A stretch of DNA of 52,877 nt, from positions 1 through 52,877 of the forward strand of contig JAHHIM010000031.1 in NCBI GenBank assembly GCA_019358915.1. Reading direction: 5' to 3'. Positions 21,257-30,330 of the stretch are shown one piece after another (position 1 is the first letter of the stretch; every line of letters begins with the position of its first letter). The notes beneath the pieces are model-generated. The model was not told where the DNA came from and did no database searches. It worked only from the letters and a program-made list of their open reading frames with translations. A program made the position numbers and the translations under genes. Source of the DNA: Trichormus sp. ATA11-4-KO1 (GTDB lineage: Bacteria > Cyanobacteriota > Cyanobacteriia > Cyanobacteriales > Nostocaceae).

Positions 21257-21526
21257 ATGTTGAGTAAAATAATTCTTAGCAGTATAGCAGGCTTGGCATT
21301 GGCATTTAGTGTTGCCTCAGATAAAGTAGTTGCACAGATGAATCATCAAATGCCAACTACCGAGCGATGGCTACGCCCGCCGCAGGCATCGCAGACAACT
21401 CAGTTCCGCCGCATTGAGCAACCACTGTGGGTAAAAGGTGCAGTTACAACAGCCGGCTTGGGGTTAATCGGATTAGAAATCTGGTGGTTTCTCCTCAGTA
21501 AACCAAAGTCTCAAAAAGCGGACTAA
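21257..21526 (+). CDS. Small membrane protein; resembles the N-terminal part of cupredoxin-domain proteins of Cu clusters, possibly truncated
   Basis: AAGGAGG RBS; signal-like N-terminus, FRRIEQPL, GLGLIGLEIWWFLLSKPK; ends where a repeat begins. Confidence 0.6.
   Translation: MLSKIILSSIAGLALAFSVASDKVVAQMNHQMPTTERWLRPPQASQTTQFRRIEQPLWVKGAVTTAGLGLIGLEIWWFLLSKPKSQKAD
21364..21392. repeat. 21-nt SDR5-type insertion in a HIP1 site
   Basis: GCG + ATGGCTACGCCCGCCGCAGGC + ATCGC. Confidence 0.75.
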
Positions 21527-21531
21527 TGTAA

Positions 21532-21680
21532 AATCAAGGATTTGGAACCCGCGCAGGTGGTTACTGAGCGGCTCGAGTGACTTGTACAGAGCCTTGTCGA
21601 AGTAGCCTTCGCCGAACTCTTGTCGAAGTGCGGGTTTTGTTCGTGTAGCCGCGACTTCAGTCGCTTGGTGCAAGATGTGA
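21532..21680. repeat. REP/MITE-like half element containing nested SDR-type units
   Basis: GAACCCGCGCAGG ... two CTTGTCGAAGT units ... GGGTTTTGTTCGTGTAGCCGCGACTTCAGTCGCTTGGTGCAAGATGTGA. Confidence 0.6.
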
Positions 21681-21804
21681 AATAAGCTAAAACGAGTTTA
21701 GAGAGCTTTGAGACTATAAAGAGATACGTTGTAGGAAAACGTCATAGCTCCATCAAAGGTCACTTATTTGTGTTCTTTTAATAAATCCGTGTAACTAGCA
21801 AAAA

Positions 21805-21821
21805 TTTCACCCAAATTTCAT
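21805..21821 (+). promoter_or_regulatory. CopR-type box upstream of the DUF2808-RR-HK operon
   Basis: TTTCAC-CCAAA-TTTCAT. Confidence 0.6.
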
Positions 21822-21911
21822 CTCGCTTTGTCAAGCTATTAAGAGGTAACATCTTTCACTGAAGATGATTCTAATAATTGATGAATATAGTGAGGTAATT
21901 ATAAGAACGCA

Positions 21912-22397
21912 ATGAATAGAAAATTGACACCTACTGCTATTTTTGTCTTGACTATGGCAGTTTTAGTTCCAGCTACTTATGCAAATCCTACACCACAATC
22001 TAGTAACTTTCCTCACGTTATTAGCTTAGTGGAATTTCCCCAGGGTATTCGCCACTGGAGAATTCTCAGGCATAATTTAAAAATAGCAGTTCCCGAAAAC
22101 AGCAAGGCTATTTCTCAGCTAATTATCGCAGCTCCAGCTAACATTGTTCTCAGAGAAAATATTGATGTTTCCGAGCAATCTGGTAAACAAATTGCGGCAA
22201 AAGTTTCTATTCAAGGCAAAAAAGCTACGCTAGAGTTTGCCAAATCAGTCGCTCCTGGAACTACTATCATTGTAGAAATGAATAATGTTAAAAAAACAGC
22301 AGTGACTACTGGTGATAAGTTCTACAAAATATCTACTATTCTCGCTGGTATGAATGTAGAGTTACCCATTGGAATTGTTCAATTGCGTGTAATTTAA
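21912..22397 (+). CDS. Secreted DUF2808-like protein
   Basis: Signal peptide (..PATYA), beta-rich domain with F...VAPG. Confidence 0.7.
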   Translation: MNRKLTPTAIFVLTMAVLVPATYANPTPQSSNFPHVISLVEFPQGIRHWRILRHNLKIAVPENSKAISQLIIAAPANIVLRENIDVSEQSGKQIAAKVSIQGKKATLEFAKSVAPGTTIIVEMNNVKKTAVTTGDKFYKISTILAGMNVELPIGIVQLRVI

Positions 22398-22428
22398 TGA
22401 ACAAATTTCTAGAGTAAATCTACTGCTT

Positions 22429-23166
22429 ATGAAAGTTCTGTTAGTTGAAGATGAGCCGGATCTAGGTGCGTCAATTCAGCGAAAGTTGAGTAAAGAAAGA
22501 TATATTGTTGACTGGGTTTTGGATGGAAATGAAGCCTGGATTTATCTAGAACATAATTGGACTCAATATACACTGGCAATTTTTGATTGGTTGTTACCGG
22601 GAATGTCAGGTTTGGAATTGTGTAAACGTTTAAGGAATCGGGGTAATGCTTTACCAGTGCTGATGCTAACTGCTAAAGATAGCATGGCAGATAAGGTAGC
22701 TGGTCTCGATGCAGGGGCAGATGATTATCTAATCAAGCCGTTTGGCATGGCAGAACTATTGGCACGATTGCGTGCATTGCAACGGCGATCTGCTTTAGGA
22801 GGTGCATCGCTTACGTCTCAGATCCAGCCTTTACAATTGCAAGTTGGTGGTCTTATCCTAGACTGCGGTAATTGTACAGTTTCTCGACAGTATCCTAATG
22901 GGGAAAATCAGCTAATTTATTTAACAAAAAAAGAATTTCAATTATTAGAATACTTGATGAAACGTCCTAATACAGTTATTACACGCGACCAAATTTTGAA
23001 TCATCTGTATGCCTTTAGTGCGGAACGCGTTAGTAATGTAGTAGCAGCTCAAATCCGACTTTTGCGACGCAAATTATCGGAATATGGTTGTGATGGGCTA
23101 ATCGAAACTGTCCCTAGTATGGGCTATCGTTTCAATCCTGGCAATGCAGATTCGACTATTTCGTAA
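22429..23166 (+). CDS. OmpR-family response regulator (CopR/RppA/NrsR-like)
   Basis: LLVEDE, FDWLLPG, GADDYLIKPF, SNVVAAQIRLLRRKL. Confidence 0.9.
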   Translation: MKVLLVEDEPDLGASIQRKLSKERYIVDWVLDGNEAWIYLEHNWTQYTLAIFDWLLPGMSGLELCKRLRNRGNALPVLMLTAKDSMADKVAGLDAGADDYLIKPFGMAELLARLRALQRRSALGGASLTSQIQPLQLQVGGLILDCGNCTVSRQYPNGENQLIYLTKKEFQLLEYLMKRPNTVITRDQILNHLYAFSAERVSNVVAAQIRLLRRKLSEYGCDGLIETVPSMGYRFNPGNADSTIS

Positions 23167-24541
23167 GACTCGCTGGCAATTGGCTACCTGGTATGCGGTA
23201 GTTATGGCTCTGATTCTATCCTTATGCGGTTTTGTGGTTTACAAGGTAATCATTGATGCTTATGTGGCTTCTATCAACCGAGAACTAGAATCGGTAGCGG
23301 GTACACTACATGATGTAATTGAACCAAATTTGAAACAACCTGGTATTACAGAGCTAGTTTTCCAGCAGGTTTTACCAAATATTTGTTTAGCTGAGTCCAG
23401 TTGTCCTACCCAAAAGATCCTGAGTCACAGTCAAAGCACCCATAATGAACATGGCATTTTTAGTCCTGTATATAAAGATAAACAATATTACATCCGTTTT
23501 GTCGATGGTTCAGGACGGTTAATTGCAGTGGCAGGTTTCCAACCTGATGAATTGCCACCGACTGTGGAAACTCAAGTGTGGCAAGTAGTCAAAGACTTAC
23601 AAGGCAATCGTTACAGTCAAAAGTCTCTACTGCTGCACACTCAAGATAATCAAGATTGGGGCTATATTCAGGTAGGACGCAGTCTCAATGACCTGGATAG
23701 TCGTCTCGCTGCTTTGAAGTTAATTTTGGCGGTGGGATTGCCAATTACGGTATTGTTAGTTGGTGGTTCTAGTTGGTGGCTGGCAGGGTTAGCAATGCGA
23801 CCAATTGATCGGTCGTATAAACAAATGCAACAGTTTACGTCTGATGCCTCTCATGAGTTGCGTACTCCTCTTGCAGCGATTAATGCAACGGTAGAAACTT
23901 TATTTGATATGGAGTATCTGTCTGAGGAGGCGCGAGATGTTTTAGCATCTATTCAACGTCAGAATCATCGACTAGCTGAACTAGTTCAGGATATGCTGTT
24001 ACTGTCTCGATTGGAACAGCAAATGTTAGCGACACAACAAATACATTGCTGTCTGAATGTTTTGATTAATGACCTGATAGAAGAATTTTCAGCGTTAGCG
24101 GCTGCGGCTTCTTTGCAGCTAACATCTTTGGTGTTATGCCAAGAGCTTTTATACGTGATGGGAGATGAAGATCAACTGTTGCGTGTGCTTTCTAATCTCA
24201 TTGCCAATGCTATTCAATACACCCCTGCTGGTGGTTGTGTAACTGTTATCCTCAAACGTAGCAACGGTAATGCTGTAATTGAAGTTCAAGACACAGGTAT
24301 TGGTATTGCATCGCACGAGCAAAAGCGGATTTTTGACCGTTTTTATCGAGTGAATAGCGATCGCTCGCGTCGTACTGGTGGATCTGGATTGGGATTAGCG
24401 ATCGCGCAAGCAATTGTTCAGGCTCATGGAGGTAGTATACAGGTGCAAAGCCAACTTGGTAAAGGTAGCACCTTCATCGTTTATTTACCCTTGACAGGAG
24501 AACGAAAGCAACTTGTCTGTTCATCAACAGATGAGAATTGA
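23144..24541 (+). CDS. Sensor histidine kinase (CopS/RppB-like)
   Basis: LATWYA.VM, AGTLHD, His-containing periplasmic region, [19 protein letters not shown]. Confidence 0.9.
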   Translation: MQIRLFRKTRWQLATWYAVVMALILSLCGFVVYKVIIDAYVASINRELESVAGTLHDVIEPNLKQPGITELVFQQVLPNICLAESSCPTQKILSHSQSTHNEHGIFSPVYKDKQYYIRFVDGSGRLIAVAGFQPDELPPTVETQVWQVVKDLQGNRYSQKSLLLHTQDNQDWGYIQVGRSLNDLDSRLAALKLILAVGLPITVLLVGGSSWWLAGLAMRPIDRSYKQMQQFTSDASHELRTPLAAINATVETLFDMEYLSEEARDVLASIQRQNHRLAELVQDMLLLSRLEQQMLATQQIHCCLNVLINDLIEEFSALAAAASLQLTSLVLCQELLYVMGDEDQLLRVLSNLIANAIQYTPAGGCVTVILKRSNGNAVIEVQDTGIGIASHEQKRIFDRFYRVNSDRSRRTGGSGLGLAIAQAIVQAHGGSIQVQSQLGKGSTFIVYLPLTGERKQLVCSSTDEN

Positions 24542-24657
24542 ATACGCTGCTCAACGACTAAACAAGAGTGGAATATTCCGGCGATCGCTAGTGCTGTATT
24601 CTTAGGACTAGGCATTTTAGGAATATTGATACGGCGTAGTGTCAAGCGTTGATGCTT

Positions 24658-24955
24658 TTAATTTGCCCCAGCTTGTGGTTTTCGTTGGTGCTGTATTAGC
24701 AATCCCATCGCCATACCAATGCCGACAATGGCAGTAAAGTAGAATAAACCAATCAACCGGATGTACATTGGCGGTGCAATTCCTTCAACTTCAACTTCTT
24801 GTGGGACTTTACCAGTGGAAATTGACGCTTAGATCCAGGGCTAGGAGTTGCTTCGACCTCAACTTTGTGAGATGCGCCATCAAAAAATTGCTCTTGCCAT
24901 GTTAACTTGCCGAATTGGTCAGTAACTCCCTTGTAGGCAAAGACTGTTAAATGCT
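24658..24955 (-). pseudogene. 3' fragment of a membrane-anchored protein gene, frameshifted
   Basis: VFAYKGVTDQFGKLTWQEQFFDGASHKVEVE continues after a frameshift near 24810 as VPQEVEVEGIAPPMYIRLIGLFYFTAIVGIGMAMGLL...AN*. Confidence 0.55.
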
Positions 24956-25380
24956 GTGTATTGTCGTTTAGGAGTTTTGGCAAGTTCTAGATGTTTTTGT
25001 GCAGCCCGCACCATTAATTTAATATCTGCTTCGTCTAAATAGCGTTCGTTGATGACATCCGGTAGTTCACCCAGTTTTATTGCCATGCCCACATTAAAAG
25101 GGATATATCCGATTTTATGCGCGAAACTGGTCAGGCTCTTGACAGCAGCAATGTAGATTCGTCGGGTACTGTCTGCCGTCGTTTGAAATTGTGTACTGTA
25201 TTCTACCAAGTCTTCATAAGTTACTTTTTTAAGGGGTTTGTCCAGAAATTCTAAGAACCGTTTAATGTAGCGCTGATAGGACTGGACAGTTGAAGGGGCT
25301 TTTCCATCTAACCATAACGTAATCAACTTCGCCTCTGCCTGGGCATTGGGGAGGGAAGCGATCGCCTTACCACTAATATC
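24950..25380 (-). pseudogene. Truncated tyrosine recombinase (N-terminal SAM-like/core-binding domain only)
   Basis: LWLDGK..STVQSYQRYIKRFLEF, AVKSL.SFAHKIGYIPFNVG, ERYL; ends before any catalytic GLR motif; no in-frame ATG upstream. Confidence 0.75.
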
Positions 25381-27920
25381 TAATTTAAAGCCTTATGAAT
25401 AGCGTGTATTAGCTCATCAATAGTATGAGGCTTCCGCAAAAATGTGTGGATATTCATATCAGTAGTTTTGGCAATCTGGCTGTCGGCGGCAACACCACTA
25501 GTACCAATAATTTTAACTTGGGGACTTAGTTGTTGTAAAATCCGTATGGCTGTTAAACCATCCATTGATGGCATCATCATATCCATCACAACTACACTAA
25601 TTTGAGCTTTGTTATCAGCATATAAAGATATTGCCTCAATGCCGTTACTAGCTGTCAGCGTTCTATAGTTGTAATCCTCTAACGAGGTTTTAGTAATCTC
25701 TAAAATAGCAGTCTCATCATCTACAATTAAAATTAATTCGCTGTTACCATTGGGTAATTCTAATTTCTTACTCTGCTGTATTATCTTATCGTTTACAGCA
25801 GGTAAATAGACTTGAAATTGAGTACCATATCCTACTTCACTTAAAACATTTACAAAACCGCCATGATTTTTTACAAGACCAATTACGGTTGAAAGACCTA
25901 ATCCTGTACCTTTACCTAAATCCTTAGTTGTAAAAAAAGGTTCAAAAATTCGCTCCAAAATGACTGAGGGAATACCAGTTCCTGTATCAGAGACAGTTAT
26001 CACTACATAAGGACCTACTTGCGCCTCTAAATTCCTTCTGACAAAGTTTTCATCAATGAATAAATTTTCCGCAGAAATAGATAGAGTTCCGCCTCTGGGC
26101 ATGGCATCACGAGCATTAACACAGAGGTTCATTAACACCTGATGTATTTGGGTAGGATCTGCCAAGATAGTCCAGACATTTTGTGATAATTTATGATTAA
26201 TTTTAATATTTTTGGGAAATGTATTGTTAAGAGTTTGTTCAATTTCTAATAACAATTGTTCTACTTGTAAGGCAATACTTCTACCATTGTCACCACGAGC
26301 AAATGTCAAAATTTGCCTGACCATATCAGATGCTCGTTTAGCATTATTTTCAATAATATTGAGCATATGTTTATGTTTGTCATCAAAATGAGGAAAATTT
26401 AAATTTAACATTTGAGATGATGACAAAATAGGTGTTAGGATATTGTTAAGATCATGGGCGATACCGCTTGCAAGAGTTCCCAGACTATCTAACCGTTGAG
26501 AGCGGATAAATTGGTTTTGAAGTTGTTTTTTTTCAGTAATATCAGTATCAACACTAAGAACAGATTTAATTTGTCCCGCTTCATCCAGCATTAATGTCCA
26601 ACGAGTTTCTACAGTAATTTTTTTACCTGATTGTGTAATTGTTTGTAATTCTCCCTGCCACGAACCACATTCAATCACTTGCCTGTAAGCTGTTTCTAAT
26701 TGTGATGAAATTTCTTTTAAAAAAAGTTCTTTATAGTTCTTACCTACAGCTTCATCAGCCTGCCAACCGTAAAGTTGTTCTGCACCTTTATTCCAAAATA
26801 AGATTTGGCCTTTTAAATCTCTAACTAAAATTGCGTCGGTAGTAATGTCAAGTAGAGATGCTTGCTCACGGATTTTTTGTTCCGCCTGCTTGCGTTCGGT
26901 AATATCTCTTCCTACCCCTTGAGTTTCAATAACTTCTCCCATTTCATCAGTAACAGCAGTAACATTCCACTGTAACCACCTAATGCCCTGAACCGTCAAC
27001 ACCCGTTGCTCACTAACGGTTAAGTGATAAGGAGGGGATATTAGGGTTTTCATATTCTCCATCGTTAGCGGTAAATCATCAGGATGGAAAAATTCAAATA
27101 GTGGCTGGCCAAGTAATTCATCAAGTGACCTACCGAATGTTTGACAAGCAGCTGTGTTTGCAAATGTCAGCTGACCCTGTAAATCAGTTCGGACAATTAC
27201 GTCGGTTTGACTCTCAACTAGTTGACGATAAAGGGTTTCACTCTGTTGGAATGCTTCTGTGACACGTTGGCGTTCAGACATTTCTTTTTGTAAAAGCACG
27301 TTAGTGCGATCAATTTCAGTTACTATATGTTGCTTTTCTTGTATTGTTAAATTCTCCTGAACTTGGGTTAAGAATTTTTGCATTTCTTGGTATTGCAAAA
27401 CATTATGTTCTAATTTTTGATTGATTCTCCTTAAATGATTCCATTGCAAAAACTCATAAACACTTTTAAGCGTAATTAGACCGACTAATTGACCCTCATC
27501 ATCAACAACAGGTAAATAATTAACTCTGTATTGACATAATAATGACATTACCATTAACATATCATGGTTCTGAGATTGCGTAATAGTAATAACTGGCTGT
27601 GTCATTACATCAACAACTTTTAGTTGGGATAAATCTATATCAGCAATACTCAACTTCATAACATCCCACATCGAAAATATGCCGAGTAAATGCAAATCTT
27701 GCACTATTAAGACACAACTGAACTGTTCTTGAGTCACTTTAGTTGAGTCTGGAGTAAAAATTGGGTAAGATGGTAAATTAGCTTTACTATGTACCTGATT
27801 AATTAAAGTCAGAACATCCTGTACAGAAGCATCTGGTGGAACTATCAACGGATCTTTGTCAATAAAATTTTCTATATTTGGCAAGTCAAGAGACAGCAGA
27901 CTATACTCATTGTTATTCAT
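25380..27920 (-). CDS. Hybrid histidine kinase (CBS-CBS-PAS-PAS-HisKA-HATPase-REC)
   Basis: CBS VMTQPV/LPVVD, two [25 protein letters not shown], receiver ILIVDDE/MDMMMP. Confidence 0.9.
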   Translation of the reverse strand: MNNNEYSLLSLDLPNIENFIDKDPLIVPPDASVQDVLTLINQVHSKANLPSYPIFTPDSTKVTQEQFSCVLIVQDLHLLGIFSMWDVMKLSIADIDLSQLKVVDVMTQPVITITQSQNHDMLMVMSLLCQYRVNYLPVVDDEGQLVGLITLKSVYEFLQWNHLRRINQKLEHNVLQYQEMQKFLTQVQENLTIQEKQHIVTEIDRTNVLLQKEMSERQRVTEAFQQSETLYRQLVESQTDVIVRTDLQGQLTFANTAACQTFGRSLDELLGQPLFEFFHPDDLPLTMENMKTLISPPYHLTVSEQRVLTVQGIRWLQWNVTAVTDEMGEVIETQGVGRDITERKQAEQKIREQASLLDITTDAILVRDLKGQILFWNKGAEQLYGWQADEAVGKNYKELFLKEISSQLETAYRQVIECGSWQGELQTITQSGKKITVETRWTLMLDEAGQIKSVLSVDTDITEKKQLQNQFIRSQRLDSLGTLASGIAHDLNNILTPILSSSQMLNLNFPHFDDKHKHMLNIIENNAKRASDMVRQILTFARGDNGRSIALQVEQLLLEIEQTLNNTFPKNIKINHKLSQNVWTILADPTQIHQVLMNLCVNARDAMPRGGTLSISAENLFIDENFVRRNLEAQVGPYVVITVSDTGTGIPSVILERIFEPFFTTKDLGKGTGLGLSTVIGLVKNHGGFVNVLSEVGYGTQFQVYLPAVNDKIIQQSKKLELPNGNSELILIVDDETAILEITKTSLEDYNYRTLTASNGIEAISLYADNKAQISVVVMDMMMPSMDGLTAIRILQQLSPQVKIIGTSGVAADSQIAKTTDMNIHTFLRKPHTIDELIHAIHKALN

Positions 27921-28035
27921 TTTTAACCTGCCTAACTTCAAATATTAGCTTATTATACAAATTTTTTATTTCTGGATAAAGAAAAATCCCAGAGATTAGA
28001 ATTTTAATGATTTCTCGTTATATCCTCAGATTAAC

Positions 28036-28560
28036 TTTATCCATGTCTTGCTAGAAGGAGTTAGATGGCGGGGGGATCTGGAAACTTTCCCTCTTAACAG
28101 ACAGTGTATACATATTTCCGAAACTGTTGCCAAGACGGGATGTGGTTGTATATCCACAAGAGAGGGATAATCTACAAGTTTGACATCTTCTCACCGCCAA
28201 GCTAACGCTGTGTTGGGAGTTTCCTGGGGGTGCTAGATGAATGAGAAGTGAACAGGAACACCATCCGAATCTAACTCTTCAGGAAGCAAGCTATGGAAGC
28301 AATCATCGGGTGATGGACTTTTGCTGTTGGATTGTACGGGTAGTGCTGCAACCGGAAAAAACTCAAGGGTTTATCTTGCTCAAAAAACCTTGGTTAGTGG
28401 AGCACACTTTCGGTTAGCTGATGAGGTGTCGGCGATTGGTCACAGACTATGAGTTATTGCCAAAGACATCGGAGACGTTTATGTACCTTGCTATGATTCG
28501 TATTGTGGTGCGATGCCTAGCATAAAATTTGACTCCTTAACAATTTTCAAATATCCCCTC
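28036..28560 (+). mobile_element. Degenerate IS5-family (IS1031-like) element with internal deletion
   Basis: EGVRWR..QTVYTYFRN; WIVRVVL.PEKTQGF.LLKK.W.VE.TFG*..RRLV.DYE..AMIR..LA*; right IR-like TTTTCAAATATCCCCTC. Confidence 0.75.
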
Positions 28561-28857
28561 AATCATTGTATAAGTGTTTGTAGACTCAGTATTTTGCCGT
28601 ATTCCTTTAATTAAAGCAGTATTAATACATTTAGTATTTGTCTGAGTTTTTGCTAGTGTTCATTACTTATACTATCTTCATAAAATCAATAAAAAATGAA
28701 AATTTATTAAAGAATATTTTTTGCTTCTGCGTATAAAAAAAATAAAGACTATATTTTTAATCAATATCTAAGTATAAAACTTGCTACAAAGTAGTTAAGC
28801 TCTAATTTTGAGTAACCTTTTTGATAGAACTAGTTATTAATACATAGATAGATTTAA

Positions 28858-28979
28858 TATAGGAATCCGCTTTGATTTCTGAACTGATGTGCGTAGAGAG
28901 GCAATAGGCAATAGGCAACGGTCAAGAAGCTTTCTTAGTTATAGTGAGTTTTTGCAGGAATCAAATTATGAGTCCTATA
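28858..28979. mobile_element. MITE with TA flanks (IS630-like ends) containing AGGCAAT heptamers
   Basis: TATAGGAATCCGCTTTGATTTCTG ... CAGGAATCAAATTATGAGTCCTATA. Confidence 0.65.
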
Positions 28980-29087
28980 TCTACGGCATAGCTTTATTGA
29001 TTGCCAGTAATTTCTAAGGCAGATTATGCAATACGTATCGATAGCTACATATGCTACATGATTATTTACTAATCATGGCAGTTTGTC

Positions 29088-29852
29088 ATGTCAAATATTA
29101 ACAATAAACTACTAGCCAACTCAGGGATTATGACTACACTTATTTCTTTGGATGCCAATTTTCAAAGTCAACTCAGCCAAGTTCTGTTAGAGGTGACAAA
29201 TAGACAAGATTTATCTCAACATCCTTTTGTACAACGTTTTGCCAGAGGAGAATTTTCACAAAATGCAATTCGCCAGTTTGCTATTAAAATGCTACCTGGC
29301 TCAAATAGATTTAATATGGCCTTCCTCAAAGTTGCATCAAAAATGGATAGCTACCTTGCCAGAACAATTATGCTAGAAAATGCTTTTACTGAGCATGGAG
29401 AACTGAACCCAGACAAGGCTCATGTAGCATTGTTTATGCGCTTTATGAAAGGTATTGGTTGTGCCAAAATTGATATCAATGCGGATGATGGGGCATTTCG
29501 TATTCCAGCATTACGCTTTAAGAAATTTGAGTTCTGTGATGATGAACCTATTGTACGTTCATTAGGAAGGTTTGCGGCAATTGAGCAAATTCTCCCCGGT
29601 GTGTTTATTAATTATATTGAGGGTCTTCGCAAAATATTTAAAGGTATTGATGACCATACTATTGAATATTTTCACATTCACTGCTATTTAGATCCTGAGC
29701 ATACAAACGAGTTGATTCAAGTGGCTCAAATGTATGTCAAATCAGAAAAAGATGTTGAACTTTTTTCGGATGGAGTTCAAGATATGATTCAATCAATTGC
29801 CGATATGTTTGTTTGGTTAGACGAAAATCTAGAAAAAGAAGCAGTAGCTTGA
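29088..29852 (+). CDS. Heme-oxygenase-like diiron enzyme (PqqC/CADD/TenA superfamily)
   Basis: HPF, ENAFTEHG...AH, AIE, YFHIHCYLDPEH metal-ligand pattern; alternative start ATG 29130. Confidence 0.8.
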   Translation: MSNINNKLLANSGIMTTLISLDANFQSQLSQVLLEVTNRQDLSQHPFVQRFARGEFSQNAIRQFAIKMLPGSNRFNMAFLKVASKMDSYLARTIMLENAFTEHGELNPDKAHVALFMRFMKGIGCAKIDINADDGAFRIPALRFKKFEFCDDEPIVRSLGRFAAIEQILPGVFINYIEGLRKIFKGIDDHTIEYFHIHCYLDPEHTNELIQVAQMYVKSEKDVELFSDGVQDMIQSIADMFVWLDENLEKEAVA

Positions 29853-29866
29853 CAAAGTTAATATCA

Positions 29867-29893
29867 AGGGCGGTATATGGTCATACCGCCTTT
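29867..29893 (+). terminator. Stem-loop terminator after the diiron-enzyme gene
   Basis: AGGGCGGTAT-ATGGTC-ATACCGCCTTT. Confidence 0.6.
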
Positions 29894-29895
29894 AA

Positions 29896-29997
29896 GTGGG
29901 TGAGCGAGAAGAGGGAAAACAGGTTCTTCAACGCGTGAAACAGTCTCATGAGCAGGTATCTCGTTTGACAACTATTTGGGTGGATGGTGGCTTTGAC
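29896..29997 (+). mobile_element. IS5-family transposase internal fragment
   Basis: VGEREEGKQVLQRVKQSHEQVSRLTTIWVDGGFD. Confidence 0.7.
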
Positions 29998-30008
29998 CAA
30001 ATAATTAC

Positions 30009-30041
30009 TAATTCGTAATTCGTAATTCGTAATTCGTAATT
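30009..30041. repeat. (TAATTCG)4+ short tandem repeat
   Basis: Direct inspection. Confidence 0.9.
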
Positions 30042-30047
30042 AAAGAG

Positions 30048-30214
30048 CAATACCTTTGCCAATTTACGAGGGTTCAACGCTTGTAGAAACGTTATAAATA
30101 CGTCCTAAAGAAGTAAGCTTGGCAAAAATCTGGTTTAATAAAATAGGCTCAGGAATTTCTGGAAGCATTTTTAAGACTTCATGAACATATCGAAAGCCAC
30201 GATAATGAGCCTTA
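30048..30214 (-). mobile_element. Right end of an IS4-like element (transposase C-terminus plus IR)
   Basis: KAHYRGFRYVHEVLKMLPEIPEPILLNQIFAKLTSLGRI...*, followed by TTGGCAAAGGTATTG. Confidence 0.6.
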
Positions 30215-30261
30215 GAGGGTGTTTGAAAAGTTTTGAGGGGTAAAATTTTTCAAACACCCTC
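30215..30261. mobile_element. 47-bp IS5/IS1031-type mini-element
   Basis: Perfect 15-bp TIR GAGGGTGTTTGAAAA; TTA on both flanks. Confidence 0.8.
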
Positions 30262-30330
30262 TTAGATTGGTTTCATCTCGTTGAAAATCTACATAAAGTA
30301 GGTGGTTCTCTCAAACGACTCAAAGCTGCA
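30262..30330 (+). mobile_element. ISKra4-family transposase fragment
   Basis: LDWFHLVENLHKVGGSLKRLKAA. Confidence 0.65.

Noticed and set aside
21473..21673. 66-aa minus ORF
   Set aside because: Lies over nested repeats and antisense to a gene.
29088..29852. Calling this gene pqqC, or a toxin-pathway gene such as gntA or aetD
   Set aside because: No partner genes are present and I cannot verify orthology without a search.
30009..30041. Tandem repeats as a possible CRISPR array
   Set aside because: 7-nt units with no spacers and no cas genes; ordinary STRR. No CRISPR array was seen anywhere in the window.
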